NCBI RefSeq assembly: GCF_006345805.1
Contig: NC_043003.1
Location: 55,304,001 to 55,368,000, forward strand
Length of the DNA: 64,000 nucleotides
Direction of reading: 5' to 3'
From: Octopus sinensis
Taxonomy: Eukaryota
A program made the translations under genes and the position numbers. A model generated the notes under the pieces. That model saw only the letters and a list, made by a program, of their open reading frames with translations, was not told the DNA's origin and searched no databases. The first letter of the stretch is position 1, and the number at the start of each line of letters is the position of its first letter. Of the stretch, positions 39,456-54,119 are shown one piece after another.

Positions 39456-40611
39456 ATATATATATGTATGTATATATAGGGAGGATTCACCAAAAAAAAC
39501 AAAAGACGAAGACAGGTGGTGTACGCAACAATCAGATGTATTAGTTTAACGCTCGGGATGTGAAAAATTCTTAAAAGTTTCGAGCCTACGCTCTTCCACA
39601 GAAAGGAACACAGAAAGAGGCAAGGAGAGAAAGTAAAGAGAGAAAATAAAATATATAAATACATACAAACATACATATAAGTATATATACACACACACAC
39701 GCACACACACATGCACACACACTCACACACACACACATATATATATATTGAAAGAGAGAGGGATGTATATATGGAAAGGTACAGAAAAAGAAAGAGAGCA
39801 ATTGAAAGGTGAAAAAGTGGGCGGCGACACAGCGCTAATGACATACAGTCATGCCGAAAAGGGACACGTGATATGTTACATATATCTTTCATGTCCTTCT
39901 TTATGTTGCATAAATTCTCTTACGTGTGTCTCAGCACTTTCGGTTGAACTTCAAATATATCATTACAGAGAAACATTTATTTCACTTTTATTGACATCTC
40001 CCTTAATTTCTTTTCGCAGAACCAGAATATTCTTACTGATTGCAAGACATTTTAAATAACATAAACACTCGAAACTAAGATAAATTTAAGCACCATTATT
40101 ATTCTTAATTTGAATGATCCAAAGAAATTGTTTGAGATTTTTTTTTTATAAATACAAAAGTTATAAGAATTTACTGTTTAGGCTGTTGACATAGGTCGCA
40201 TGTTTCTATTCAATGATGTACATAAATAATGAAATAACCGTACGCACCTGTCGTTTCCTCCGCTGGCGAGGCTTCACATTACCATTATTCATAAACATCA
40301 AATTCCAAGAAATGTATTCGTGACCAGAGGAGACATACAATATATATGAACGATTTCTTGCACAACAGAGCGTCAGCTGTGATTCGCTATAGAAATTGGT
40401 GTTAAAAACATTCACAAATTCATATTATCTTCTTAATGACCACAACTTGAATTCGTAACTTTTATTCAGCTATTACTCAATGACTCCTAACAAAAAATTT
40501 ATATATATATAAATATGTGTATAAGCGCAGACACACAAACAGACGCACACACATGCACTTACAAGTGCGTGCGCACGCAACCCCCTCACAGATATATTTT
40601 GTTGTTACTGT

Positions 40612-40905
40612 TTGTTCCTTCTCGAGCTATCCCTGGCTCATAAGGGCCGCTTTCCCAGTTACATTGGCGTATTGATTCCCCATCTGGACGGAACGCGGGT
40701 CCGCCTCAGGTGTACAGCTACATGCAAGAGGAAAGAATGAGAGAGAGTTGTGACGAAAGATTCAGCAGAAGTCTGCCATTACCTTCTGCCGGAGCCGGGT
40801 GGAGCTTAGGCGTGTCGCTCATAAACACACACATTCCCGGGTCTGAGAATCGAACACGCGATCGCTCGACTGAGAGTTCGTTGCTCTAACAACTAGGCCA
40901 TGTGC
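40612..40905 (-). mobile_element. SINE family C copy
   Basis: Aligns with 33690-33980 (TTCCTTCTCGAGCTA…CCTTCTGCCGGAGCC…GCTCTAACAACTAGGCCATGTGCCT). Confidence 0.75.
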
Positions 40906-41563
40906 CTTCACACACAAACACAGACACACAGACACTCACACACACACACATATCATTTGGTTCATGATTGTAAGCTTGTGAGTTCGATATCCGTTGTACG
41001 TTGTGTCCTCGAGCCAGACGCTTTATTTCACACTGTGCCAGTCACATGGCTAGCAAACCTGAGTTTTGGCCACCCTTGTCAAATACTGTGTCTTTCTGAG
41101 TCTCCCTGATAATTATGTGTCTGTGTCGATTGCATAGTCACTTGCACATTAATTTAACGAGCAGGAACTTCAGTCCATCGTGTCAATTAACTGATGGAGA
41201 GACAGTAGTAATAATATAATTATACAAAAGGTATAGTAGAAATGTACAACTGAAAAGAAGTGAAGATATGTATATCAAATTCTAACTGAAAGAAATAATT
41301 TAAGATAAAAATAGATTTGAAAATGGGCTTATAAAAGATTGCAAAATATATCAAAGACACTGATCTATATAGAATAAGACGAGGTACACCTTATATTTGC
41401 TACTGGAATGCAGAGATAATTATATTGATCTTGCCTGCCTCCTGAATACATCCGTATACACAATTAAACGCACGTACTTATAAATGATTTTCATACATTA
41501 TTTTATTTAAAGAGGCCCGTCTTACACACACACATACGCGCGCGCGCACAATGGTGCCCCCCC

Positions 41564-41618
<55 letters not shown>

Positions 41619-41756
41619 TCTGCTGACGAGGCTTGGTCGGTCCATGGCTATTGCAGAAGACATTTGCCCAAGTCATCATGCAGTGGGACTGAACCTGGAA
41701 CCATGTGGTTGGGAATCAAGCTTCTTACCACTGCCACTCCCGCACTATATATATAT

Positions 41757-41794
<38 letters not shown>

Positions 41795-41812
41795 CTTACA
41801 TACACACAAAAC

Positions 41813-41844
<32 letters not shown>

Positions 41845-42602
41845 CGTGCGTGTGTATTTGTGTGCATCTATGCGACTACTGATAATTGCACACATTCCTT
41901 GGTATTAATTGGTATTCAATACATGCAAAAGATTAACATAATTTTCATTTCTGACTGTAGATGTGATTCTACAGAAACACACATACACACACACACACAC
42001 ACACACAGACACACACATACACCACGCACAGAACATTTATATATATATATAAATGTGTTTGTATATGTGTGTGACTATCCGAATTTGTTTATATCGTTGC
42101 TTTGACACCCATCAAATTTCAACTGGAATGCGGAGATAATTTTATTAATCTTGCCAGGCTCCCGTATACATCCGTATACACAATTAAACACACGTACTTA
42201 TGAACTATTTTCGTACATTATTTTAGAGAGATGCATATTTTGAATATTTTACGAAATAACTCGCATCTCGTTGATACCGTCTACTTTCATTTAAAATATT
42301 TTTAAAAATCTAAATTCTGTATTCTACTCATAATTTTGACGTACTAAATTATTAAGATAAACAAAACACATTAGCGCGCGAAAGCAAACGCCCCCTACCA
42401 AACATCTACAGAAATACATATTCGTTTACACGCACTGATATATAAACAAACAGTGATATTTATTGATATACAAGAATCGAAATATACGTATGTAGTTTTT
42501 GATTATTTATACGTACGAAAACAGATTAAAACGCAGTACGCTAAAATTAATAAACCAACTCTCCATCTTTCTTATCATCTGTCTCTTTCCCCCCTTCCTC
42601 TC

Positions 42603-42640
<38 letters not shown>

Positions 42641-43521
42641 CTCCCACTACATGTATGAGGGTGTTAGAACATATGCATGTATAAAACATTTTGTACGAAA
42701 AAATACTGGATACATTCACAATATTTGAAGAAACATTTTCTTGAAACTTTTACTTAACTATATAGAAAAACGTCAGAGAGACGGAATGACACGAATCGGT
42801 TACGAAGAAGTTTTCCTATTTTGCATAAATGCTTTCGTAAATGATTCTAATAAATGCAGGCTGTGTTTGTCAGAAAGGGCACATATTCTATTTAGACCCA
42901 AGATAGCAAACTCTTTCTTGAACTCATGATCTGAAATGTTTGGTAGTTGCAAACATATTGATTGATTGATTGATTCTAGTTTCAGCTCACGAGCTGTGGC
43001 CATGCTGGGGCACCGCCATTTGGTGTTGCTACATGGTTTTACTTCACGAATGCTTTTTAGCAACTGCCATTTGGTGCATGAGAGAGTTCGATGCAGCTGC
43101 CCTCATCTGCACCTCCTGCCGTGAAGTTGGTTCATCTGGGATACCTGACAAGAAGAGATCCAGTTTCATTTTAAAGACATATGCAAACATTTCTTTTAAA
43201 AAATTGGAACATACCACTCGTTGCCGACGAACTATGCAACAATTGATTTACTTATATATTTATATAATTTTTCTTGTTAGCATATCATCTCATATATTTT
43301 TATTACTTTATATTTTATTATATTTCAAATATACTACATTTCGATATATGTTTTTTATGTTATTATTATATGTATATATTTTTCATATTCTCGTTTTAGT
43401 TACATTTTCTTTATATTTAGAGTATTGTAAATTATTTTTTTTAAAGAACGTTTCTCCTTATGTTATATATTTTGTATATTATTTATACAGCCCCCATTTT
43501 AAAATTTCCTCTATCATTCTT

Positions 43522-43927
43522 TTTATCTTAATTTTTTTTTCTCATCAAAATTATTTCATCCGATTTTACACCATTCAATCGTCGCATCTAGAGAATTGCA
43601 GTCTGTGTAATCAGCCTAAGGGTATCATCCACATAATCCGATACAATATTGGGTTTCTTTCACCCCGTTTCAAAATGCAGTCCAGTATTTAAACCGCTTA
43701 AGTCCGATGGTATGGCTGCTGTCTGAAGAACGAACAAGGGTTCTATGTGCGTGAAACCTTTAGTAGCGTGGGTCATACATGTGAGGTGGTCATCAAAAAC
43801 AATATATATGTGTGTGTGTGTATTTGTGTGTCTGTATTTGTCCCCCGAACATTGCTTCACTACCATTGCTGGTGTGTTTGCATCCCCGTAACTAAGCAGT
43901 TCGTCGGCAAAAGAGACTGATAATATA
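43522..43927 (+). repeat. Dispersed direct repeat (copy 2), paired with 38965-39455
   Basis: Same sequence as 38965-39455 with scattered substitutions. Confidence 0.85.
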
Positions 43928-43996
43928 AGTGCTAGACTTACAAAGAATAAGCCCTGTGGTCAATTGTTCGACTAAAAGCGGTGCTGCAGTATACAT

Positions 43997-44102
<106 letters not shown>

Positions 44103-44723
44103 TTATGTATGTATATATATATGTATGTATGTATGTATATATAAAGTCTACCGATGTGTGTGTGTGTGTGTGTGTGTACATAAATGCATCCATCAGAAGC
44201 TGGCAAGTCGCTTCAAAATGATGTTTTTTTTATGTAGCTTTGCTAGATTGCTTCAAATTTCGTCGTTAATTTTGTACTCTGTAGTTACCATAGTTGGAAG
44301 CATTAGTCTAAACGGCTGAGAAAGAATATCATCGAGAGGAGCATCATGGTTCCCAGCTTTCTACTTCTAGAATTTCTAAGGATCCATCGGGCTAACCAAT
44401 TGCATTTTCTTGCCAGCTCAATAATATTCTCCAGCAATACCCAGGTAGAGCACTGATTTTGATTGCAGCCGCATCTAGGACAAGGAATCCAATCTGCATT
44501 ACGTTCGATTACGTGTGCTGTTAGTGCAGGGCTTGAAATTTTCCAACAGTAAACGGCATGTTATGTCCTGAACCCACTTGTATTTTGCGGCCAGATCCTG
44601 CAGCTGTTTTGCAACTTCTCCAGATACTGTATCTTCTGAGAGAATCTTTTCTATCATTTATATTACTAGAAGGGTGGGTGTCTAAGTAAGTGAGAGCATG
44701 TCTGTGATAGTCATATTTATACA

Positions 44724-44761
<38 letters not shown>

Positions 44762-44799
44762 GGAACACAGAGACTCACATGCACGCACAATCACACCTT

Positions 44800-44833
<34 letters not shown>

Positions 44834-45925
44834 ATTATATCCATATCTGTCTCTATATATGAGGGTGTATGTTATTGATGTGTGCGCAATTGTAATGCTG
44901 AACACTACCATAGTACCACTACCACCGTGTTCATCTACTATAAATGTGCATAACCATCATACTCACGATCGCTCAGACTTCACTACCAACATGGAAATAC
45001 ACACTAATCATTTTCCATCGGGCAAAGTAGATTCACCATTTTCGTGCCACGTCAAACTGAATTGACCATAATTGCAGAGCTCTTAACTACACCAGATAAT
45101 TCCGATACGTTTTAATACGATAAAACTATAGTTATAATGTTTTATCTCCTCCAGGGTTTCTGTTTATTCATTATGTCATATATATTCATTCACATTATAT
45201 TTATTTGCATAAACTGCATGTTTTGTGATAAACTGAGATAAGAATATGCTCTGGCGCCATCTTAGTTATTAACAATATTAAAAAATGAGTAAACTGTTTG
45301 TCCCCAATGTAAATTCTATACTTGTATGTTATGAGCCCTATTTGCAACGTAGAAGGCGCCAGCAACGTATTTTAAAATTTCTACTCTAATGCATATTTAC
45401 AAACACAAACACACATACATACATATATATACATACACAGAAAATGCTGGTTAGCAAAGTTTATATATACAAACATACGTACAGGCAAATATTTTATTAC
45501 ACTGAATATTTATTTCGCGACGCGTGTTTTACGGCGCCTTATTCTTGGAAAGAAGGAAATAGATGTCTCATGCTTTTCTGCTCCTTAAAAGTTAAGTCTA
45601 AGGTAACCAAAAATTTCCTAATCTTCACAATAAACGTTATCTCATCAACCACTCCAACAGTAAATTATATATTAGAAACAACCCCAATTCAAGTTTACAG
45701 CAGTATTGATTATAAAAATTAAATGATTAGCAAACCACTTTATTCAGCAGTGTCCAACTGAAATGCTCTGAAATAAAAATGCATTCCATGTAAATCAATG
45801 AAATATCTCTGAAGTGAGCTCCAACAAACCGAAAATTATGTAATTATGGCCAGTTGTAAATTCCCCAACGATATATGAATCCACCATATTTGAAACACCG
45901 AGAAAAGTGGCATTATTATCATTAA

Positions 45926-46050
45926 GGTGGCGAGTTGCAGAATCGCACAAAATGTTAAGGGCATGTACGTCCTCAGTTCAAATTCCATCGAAGACGGTTT
46001 TACTCTTCACCATTTCGGAGTCGATAAAATAAGTGCCTGTTGAGCACTGC
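45926..46050 (+). mobile_element. SINE family B partial copy
   Basis: GGTGGCGAGTTGCAGAATC…CAGTTCAAATTCC…TTCGGAGTCGATAAAATAAGT. Other partial copies at 13765-13895, 46610-46815 (-) and 48590-48760. Confidence 0.7.
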
Positions 46051-46084
46051 ACTCTTTGTAATTGACGTAACCCTTCTGATCTTA

Positions 46085-46530
46085 ACTGAGTGGACATGTT
46101 ATGTACATCTTTTGTCTTGGTATAAAAGATGGGCTACAGTAAATATTCTGGTCAATAGCACAGATCTATTTGTTGGTTGTTTGACCGTAAAATTGAGAAT
46201 GTGCACCATTGATTACGAGCACAAGTTGTGGGTGGAATATCATAGCCATATTATAAGAGGAATTCTTTAGTGTTTGAATTATTCACCTCTGGAAACATGT
46301 GTGTTTCTTTCATCATCCTTAAGTAAACCTTATTCAGGGACCTTTTAAGCGGAATGGGCTACTCCACATGAAGAAAATACTAACTGGGCCCCACCTGTAA
46401 GTTCAAGCGCTATTTATCTTGATATAAAATTACCATGTCGCGCACATGTGGGTGTGATGCATGTGTGGTGTACCCTTATCAGACTGGTAGTCATGATGGA
46501 TATATCGGGCGTCGTATAATTGTACTGCAA
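46085..46530 (+). mobile_element. Repeat family D, longer copy
   Basis: Reverse-complement match to 49715-50110 (…TTGTCTTGGTATAAAAGATGGGCTACAG…CTAACTGGGCCCCACC…GGTGTACCCTTATCA…). Confidence 0.7.
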
Positions 46531-47360
46531 AATCGAATGTCATTATGGCATGTGCTGCTCTTTCACTAAAAAAAACAAAAAAAAAACCAAAATGATAATA
46601 ATTATAATCCTTTCCACTATAGGTACAACGCCTGAAATTGTGGTGGATGGGACTAGTCGATTACATCAACCCAAGTATTTCACTGCTGCTTAATCTATTG
46701 ACCACGAAAGGATGAAAGGTAAAGTCAACCTTGGCGGAATTTGAATTCAAAACGTAGACACTGGTGAAATACCTATAAGCATTTCCAGCGTGCTAACAAT
46801 TCTACCAGCTCACTGACTTAATAATGATGATGATAATAAGTGTAACAACAAAAACGACATCAGCATCAACAACAGCTACAGCCACAAAATAAAATTTGGT
46901 TACTTGTATTTCGGATTGTATATGCGAGTATTTTCAGCTACTTATTAAAACATTCAAATGGTGAAACTTCTATAATTTCCTCATAATCAAATTGCATTAT
47001 TTGAGATTGCTTGTCAAAAGAAAAATGCAAACACAAAAATTAAATTACGATCAAATATTAGTTTCTTTTCGCATTTGACGTGCATTGTACAACGTACAGA
47101 AGCAAACAGACATGCTGGGAGAGTGAGCAATGAACCTGCAGGCATATAAGTAAGTATGTGCATAGATTTCTTTTTCACGATATGGTTTTAACATATATGC
47201 CCACATACATACATAGAAACACCGGTGCAGGCACAGCACACACATTTTTGTGTGTAGATGTGCATATACATGCTTGTATATGCGTGTTTATATGTATATA
47301 AGCAAACACACACGTACACACATATGCATATATACTATATACTCTCACGGATACATACAA

Positions 47361-47421
<61 letters not shown>

Positions 47422-48049
47422 TATATATATATACATATCTGTGTCTCTCTCACACTCATAGGTGCAGACACAGACATAAATACTCACACATATATAGAGA
47501 GATGTATACATAAATATATGGTGTTAAATATTGAGAATAACGGAATGTTTATTGAAGTTATTACTTCTTTCTCTGAATAGGGTCACCTATTCTACTTGAA
47601 TTTTTGACGAAAGTGTTGCAAGTAATGTAGTCTACTGCGGTTGAATTTACGCAATCCAGTAATGCAAAATATCATGACGTATTCTTACTTTTAACATTAA
47701 AGTATCATGTTAGAATTAACTTGTTAGCATTAACAAATTTCTCAGCTTAGCATAGAGTATTACTATGTCTCCTTCTGTGGTGGGAGCAAAAACACTGACT
47801 ATAGTGGCGTATCTTCCTTCATTTAAGTCGAAGGCTTAGCATTCTATATGATGTGCTAGAAGATAATTCTTCGAGCTTCTCAACTAACTGGGTTTTTATA
47901 GTAATTCTTACTGCACTCTATATGTTCTCCTCTGCTTTCTATTTGGAGGCGTTTCTATAGCTCGCATTGACTTCAGTAGTCTGCCCATCGTTAGCAAGAT
48001 GTATTTCTGAACTTTTTGTTCAAAAACATGTGTGTTGCAACAACAACCA

Positions 48050-48235
48050 CAGTGGAAGCGCAATGGCCCAGTGGTTAGGGCAGTGTACTCGCGGTCGTAA
48101 GAACGCGGTTTCGATTCCCAGACCGGGCGAGCAAAAACACCTAATCCCCACGAGGCTCCGATGGGGGTGGGTGATACCCGCTGTACTCTTTCACCACAAC
48201 TTTCTCTCACTCTTTCTTTCTACTTCTGCCACAAA
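48050..48235 (+). mobile_element. SINE family C copy
   Basis: GGAAGCGCAATGGCCCAGTGGTTAGGGCAG…GCGGTTTCGATTCCC (A and B boxes) with the family C body. Confidence 0.75.
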
Positions 48236-48524
48236 GCAGAGGAACTATGGTGTAACCCACTATGGTGTGGTAAACTTTCAGACCCTAGTCTAGATTGCGA
48301 ATCCTCTATACCCTAGGAGAGTTCAGCTATCCACCCGTTAAAAGCCACCGTTTACGGAATGAGGAAAACAACGTAGCTTTTGCTACCTTTAAGGTAGGCT
48401 CGAATTAGAGATTATTCTTTGTAGTTACTGGCTTGAGTCCTGATTGAAAAAAGAAGAACAGCAGCGACGACAACAACAAGAACAACAAGAACAAGAACAA
48501 CAACAACATCAACTACTACTACTT

Positions 48525-48560
<36 letters not shown>

Positions 48561-48995
48561 ATAATAATAATAATAATACAAAGTGCTTTGGACAAAATGC
48601 TTAGCGGCATTTCATTCGGCGCTGTATATTCTGAGTTCGAATCCGGTCTAGTTGGACTGTAATCAGTTCGACGTTGATAAATTAATTACCAATTCAACAC
48701 ACGATGCATGTAATGGACGAACCTGTCCCCTCAAATTGCTGGCATTGTGCCATAATTTTAATTAATTGATGTTGGTGGCATTGTTTTTTCTATGATTAAT
48801 ATTATGTCATACACACTCAACAGACTAGACTATTGGAAAAGAAAAATTCATATCAACAACTGTTTCTGGAGTTGTAATAGGTTCAACTCTATCCAACTGT
48901 TCAAATATTTAGGATGATTTTCTGATTCATCCATAACTACAGGGATAATTTTTATTTATTATTATTATTATTATTATTAATATTATTATTATTAA

Positions 48996-49112
<117 letters not shown>

Positions 49113-49121
49113 TACTACTAC

Positions 49122-49196
<75 letters not shown>

Positions 49197-49197
<1 letters not shown>

Positions 49198-49560
49198 TAG
49201 TATTTTTTTTTATATCGTGCTTTCACTTCACTACCGAGCGCAGCTCTGTGTGCCTTGTGTATGTGCTGTGATTTGTTGTGATGCTCTGATGGTTATTGTA
49301 TGGAAAGTGTTCTGCGTAGGATGTGTGCAGTGCCTAGTAGTGCAATTTTCTGTATGTTATACGTGTTTGTAAGTCCTGGTGTTTTTGTTATGTATTTGTC
49401 TGAATATTTTTTTATCATGCCTAATGCACCTATTATGATAGGAATTGTTTCTGTTTTTAGATTCCACATTCTGATTACGTCTATTTCCAGGTCTTTGTAT
49501 TTTGAAAGTTTCTCCATTTCTTTTAAAGACATGTTGTCATCCGCTGGTATTGATACATCA

Positions 49561-49562
<2 letters not shown>
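49197..49562 (-). mobile_element. 5'-truncated R4/Dong-clade non-LTR retrotransposon (restriction-like endonuclease C-terminus) embedded in (TAA)n
   Basis: Minus strand reads IDVSIPADDNMSLKEMEKLSKYKDLEIDVIRMWNLKTETIPIIIGALGMIKK…IQKIALLGTAHILRRTLSIQ*, followed by an ~90-nt 3' UTR. (ATT)n arrays flank it at 48955-49195 and 49563-49713. Confidence 0.85.
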
Positions 49563-49617
<55 letters not shown>

Positions 49618-49634
49618 GATTATTATTATTATTA

Positions 49635-49714
<80 letters not shown>

Positions 49715-50110
49715 GAGTGAGAGAGCAGTGCATGTCATCAAAGTGATACTGGGGTAAAATATATGAAGCCCAGCATACCCCTCATGACTCCCCCTGTGAT
49801 AAGGGTACACCAGGCATGTTGCATCACAACCCTATTTGCGTGACATGCTGATCTCGTATTAAGATAAACAGCACATGAATTTCGTGGTGGGGGCCCAGTT
49901 AGAATATTCTTTATGTCGAGTAGCCCATCCAGCTAAAAATATACCTGAATAAAGATATTGAGCGATGCTCAAGGGGTTAAGATCGAACAAATAACAAACA
50001 AATCTGTGGTATTGAGCAGAATATTTGCTGTAGCCATTTTTTTATTCCAAGACAAAGCAATGTCCATGATAACACTGCCATTTAAGGTAAGAGGCCATGA
50101 GAGCCACTAC
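49715..50110 (-). mobile_element. Repeat family D copy with (AAT)n tail
   Basis: Matches 15269-15430 and the reverse complement of 46085-46530. Confidence 0.75.
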
Positions 50111-50132
50111 CTATTACTTTATCAGCGCATTT

Positions 50133-50164
<32 letters not shown>

Positions 50165-50597
50165 TATTGCCGGTATTATTAGCTCTATTTCTAAAAGTGC
50201 AGTTAGGTGAAGTTTGGTGAGGCACTCTCAGAACACTAAAATCATAAGGCACTACTACCTTTACGGTTGGTCGCCATGTTCATAAGCCATAATACATTTA
50301 TGGTATTTTGGTATACACAGCAAGATAATGTTATGATTTTATAAAGAATTAATTACCTTTCAAGGAGAACCAAATTGATTCCTCTATCCGTATTTGTACC
50401 ATTCTATCACTTTCCATTCCAATATTCGTTCCTAGCTCTCAAACACATGTCTATCTCATACACACTCTCTCACCCCCTCACGCTCTTGCACTATATATAC
50501 ATACAAACATATATGCGGACGCGTTTACTTTAATATACGTATACATACAGGCATTCAAAATGAAATACATATCTACATACACAAATACGCTTCCATA

Positions 50598-50628
<31 letters not shown>

Positions 50629-51489
50629 AGTATGTGTGTGTGAGTGTATCTATCTATCTATCTATCTATTTATCTATCTATCTATATCTCTCTCTATATA
50701 TATACACACATATGGTTATATATATATACATATATAAAAATATATAAATATATATATATGTATATGAAAAAAAATATATATATACAAATAAATACACATG
50801 TATATACGAAGACATATATGTAAATATATATATATATAATTATATATATAACCATATATATACACATATATATCATGTATTATATTAGATTAGATTAAAT
50901 ATATATGTATATACATATATATACACACATTATATATTACTTATACATACATATATTATCTGTAAATATAATCTACAATGTATTCATGCAGAACATTCTA
51001 ATTTGCAAGTTTGAATGAATGAACATTATTTCTTATGTTCGTAGTGCTTCCTACGCAACAGATAGATAATCACATAGAAAATAAATGAGAAATAGATTGT
51101 CTGTAGAATACTAATACAGGAATATAAAATTGGGATATCTTCACCATTGGAGTGTGGAAATCATATTATTTTATTATTTTTATGGCTAAAGTATTGAGTA
51201 ACAGGTTCAGTCCTAGGGTATAGTACCTTCACGGATGATATCCACCAGGAGACTAGTGGTTTTCTTCTATTTGGATCTAAGTTGGGATTTTATCAGCACG
51301 TTTAGATCAAGTGTGTGAGTTTAAAGTTTTAAAGTTCAGAGACTCGAACACCTATGAGGCTCCAGCAACATTACAGACGATGCATCCCAGACCATACCAA
51401 TATATATCTCAAAGCAACATATACGTGTCCGCTGTTTGTGTGTGCTTGCTTATATGTATGCATGTTTGCATATTTGCATGTATGTATAT

Positions 51490-51561
<72 letters not shown>

Positions 51562-51833
51562 CATAATACATGCAAATATATATTCTATTTTATTTTTTTG
51601 CACATTTCAGTCATGAGGCTGCAGCCATACTGGAGCATGATCTTAAAGGGTATTTTAGTCGAAGAAATCTATTCCGCGACTTATTCTTTGTAAGTCTAGT
51701 AATTATTATTCTATCAATCTCTTATGCCGAACCTTTAAACTACCTGGAGGTAAACAAACCACAATCGGTTGTGAAGTAACAGTGTGGCACAAGGACAGGC
51801 AGACGCACAGACACACAAACACACACATACACA

Positions 51834-51876
<43 letters not shown>

Positions 51877-52296
51877 TCTTTGATAATAATTAGAGAATGT
51901 CAAAAACATTTTACAAAAATATATTAAAGAAAGTAATCAGAACGGGAATCCAAGAACCATTTGCAGTTCAATAAAAATCATATTTGTTTCGTGGTATTTA
52001 TATACACAGAAGGAGATATATTTAAGAATTTACAAAATATTGTAAAGGAATAACTGACCTGTCTTTCTGGCAGTTTGTTTTGTGTGGAACGACAATCATT
52101 TTCTAAAGAAATGAACCCGGTCAAGTTAATAAATACCTTTAAAATTGCGTTTTCAAACCTTTTCATATATGTATATTTATTTATATATATATATGGGGAG
52201 AGAGAAAGTCAGACAAACGGATAGATGGATATATAGACAGAAAGACAGACAGACATATAGAAAAATAGCTAGCTAGCTAGCTAGCTAGCTACTAGC

Positions 52297-52367
<71 letters not shown>

Positions 52368-52654
52368 CATAAATTATTTGAAATATGTTAGCTTACAAAA
52401 CATTAGATAACAGATTGCGTATATATTTAAAATTGGATATTTCATAGAGTATGCTGACTGTAGGAGATGAATGTAAATGGGAAATCATGGGGACAGTGGG
52501 GGAAGAAAATATAGATAAAGTAATAAAATAGAAGCAGAAATTGTGGAAGACGAAAACCCTTAAGAGAAAAAGATAGCTTTTGTCTAAAACGAAAAGTGAA
52601 AACAAAATGAATACGAAAATGCAACGAAAAGGGAGAGAAGAAGAGGATAACGGC

Positions 52655-53270
52655 GACGATGATGATGATGATGATGTAGAAGAAGAAGAAGAAGAAGAGA
52701 AGAAGAAGAAGAAGAAGAAGAAGAAGAAGAAGAAGGAGAAGAAGAAGAAGAAGAAGAAGAAGAAGAAGATGTAGAAATGGAAGAAGTAGAAGAGAAAGAA
52801 GAAGAAGAAGAAGAAGGGGGAAGAGGAGAAGAAGGAGAAGAAGAAGAAGAAGAAGGAGAAGAAGAAGAAATGGAAGAAGTAGAAGAGAAAGAAGAATAAT
52901 AATAAGAAGGAGGAGGAGAGAAGAAGAAGAAGAAGAAGAAGGAGAAGAAGAATGAGGAGAAGAAGAAGAAGTAGAGAAGAAGAAGAAGAAGAAGGAGAAG
53001 AAGAAGAAGAAGAAAGAAGAAGAAGAAGAAGTAGAGAAGAAGAAGAAGAAGAAGGAGAAGAAGAAGAAGATGAAGAAGAAGAAGAAGAGGAAGTTAGAGA
53101 AATGGAAGAAGTAGAAGTGAAAGAAGAAGCAGAAGGATGAGAAGAAGAAGAAGGAGAAGAAGCAGAAGAAGAAGGAGGAGGAGAAGAAGATGTAGAAGTG
53201 GAAGAAGTGGAAGAAGTAGAAGTGAAAGAAGAAGGAGAGAAAGTAGAAAAAGAAGAAGAAAAAGAAGAAG

Positions 53271-53302
<32 letters not shown>

Positions 53303-53403
53303 GAAGAAAAAGAAGAAGAAGAAGAGGAAGAAGAAGAGGAAGGAGAAGAAAATGTAGAAGTGGAAGAAGAAGAAGACGATGTAGAAAAAGAAGAAGAAGA
53401 AGA
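52655..53403. repeat. ~750-bp GAA-rich compound simple repeat
   Basis: (GAA)n interspersed with GGA/GTA/GAT units; some internal motifs recur (AAATGGAAGAAGTAGAAGAGAAAGAAGAA). It explains the 354-aa poly-S/L/F ORF. Confidence 0.95.
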
Positions 53404-53489
53404 TATAAATTCGTTGAATTCATTACTTAAAATAGTGGTACATGCAACCCAACCCATATAGTCATGAATAATAATAGGAACATTTTATT

Positions 53490-54075
53490 AGCACAGGTGA
53501 CCAAACCGCGGCTGGCGATCTACTTGCGGCTCTTTTCTCTTTAATACGTGCCACTGGAAATATGTTGACTGGGCTCTTTTTTCATCACGATTAATATAAA
53601 TGTTAAATATAATTATTTACTGGGTATGATTTGAGACTCCATTGGATTAAAACGTGATTAGGAAAAATATTTCAGAATTTATATCCTAATTTTAATACTA
53701 GATCTGAGTGAAGCATTGTTCTTTGGTGCCGAGTGAAGGAATGGTGAGAGGGAGGGGGATTAAAGAAATTTCCGGTCACCAAGGGTTACAGGGGAATGTC
53801 AGAAGACTGAGATCAATAGTAAAGTGACTAAAGGTTTGGATGCGCCGTTGGAGTGAAGGGGGTCACAGGTGGCTTAATGAGTCTAGATCATACTGCACTC
53901 ACATCATTTACATTAATGCAGTGTAACACACGACGTTGAACTGTACAGGACTAGTTGGTACACCTCAGATTCAAGTTTTATGAAAAAGTGTATGTGAAAA
54001 TTTTGTGAAGGAAGATGGCTTCTTCAAATTGTAAGAAACGAAAATGTGAAGATGAAAACAGAAATTTTAAGCTAG
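53490..54075 (+). mobile_element. hAT (Charlie/SPIN-like) DNA transposon remnant with transposase start
   Basis: A TIR-like CACAGGTGACCAAACCGCGGC…CTTGCGGCTC lies near 53492. The ATG at 54015 reads MASSNCKKRKCEDENRNFKLE, like the KKRKxxxENRxF N-terminus of GTF2IRD2/SPIN-type transposases. It is truncated shortly before a family B SINE. Confidence 0.6.
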
Positions 54076-54119
54076 AGACGGTGGAAAATCATTCTATTAG
54101 ACTAAATTCGCCGAGTATA

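Noticed and set aside
42970-43692. 240-aa ORF
   Set aside because: It runs across a SINE tail, an AT-rich low-complexity tract and the dispersed repeat shared with 38965; no coherent protein.
45245-45365. YY1-like GGCGCCATCTT and a flanking CTGGCGCC/GGCGCCAG inverted pair as a promoter
   Set aside because: Isolated short motifs with no linked exon or TSS evidence.
52393-53457. 354-aa ORF, the longest in the track, and the overlapping poly-E/R ORFs
   Set aside because: Pure translation of the GAA-rich simple repeat; stop codons are absent because of the repeat composition.
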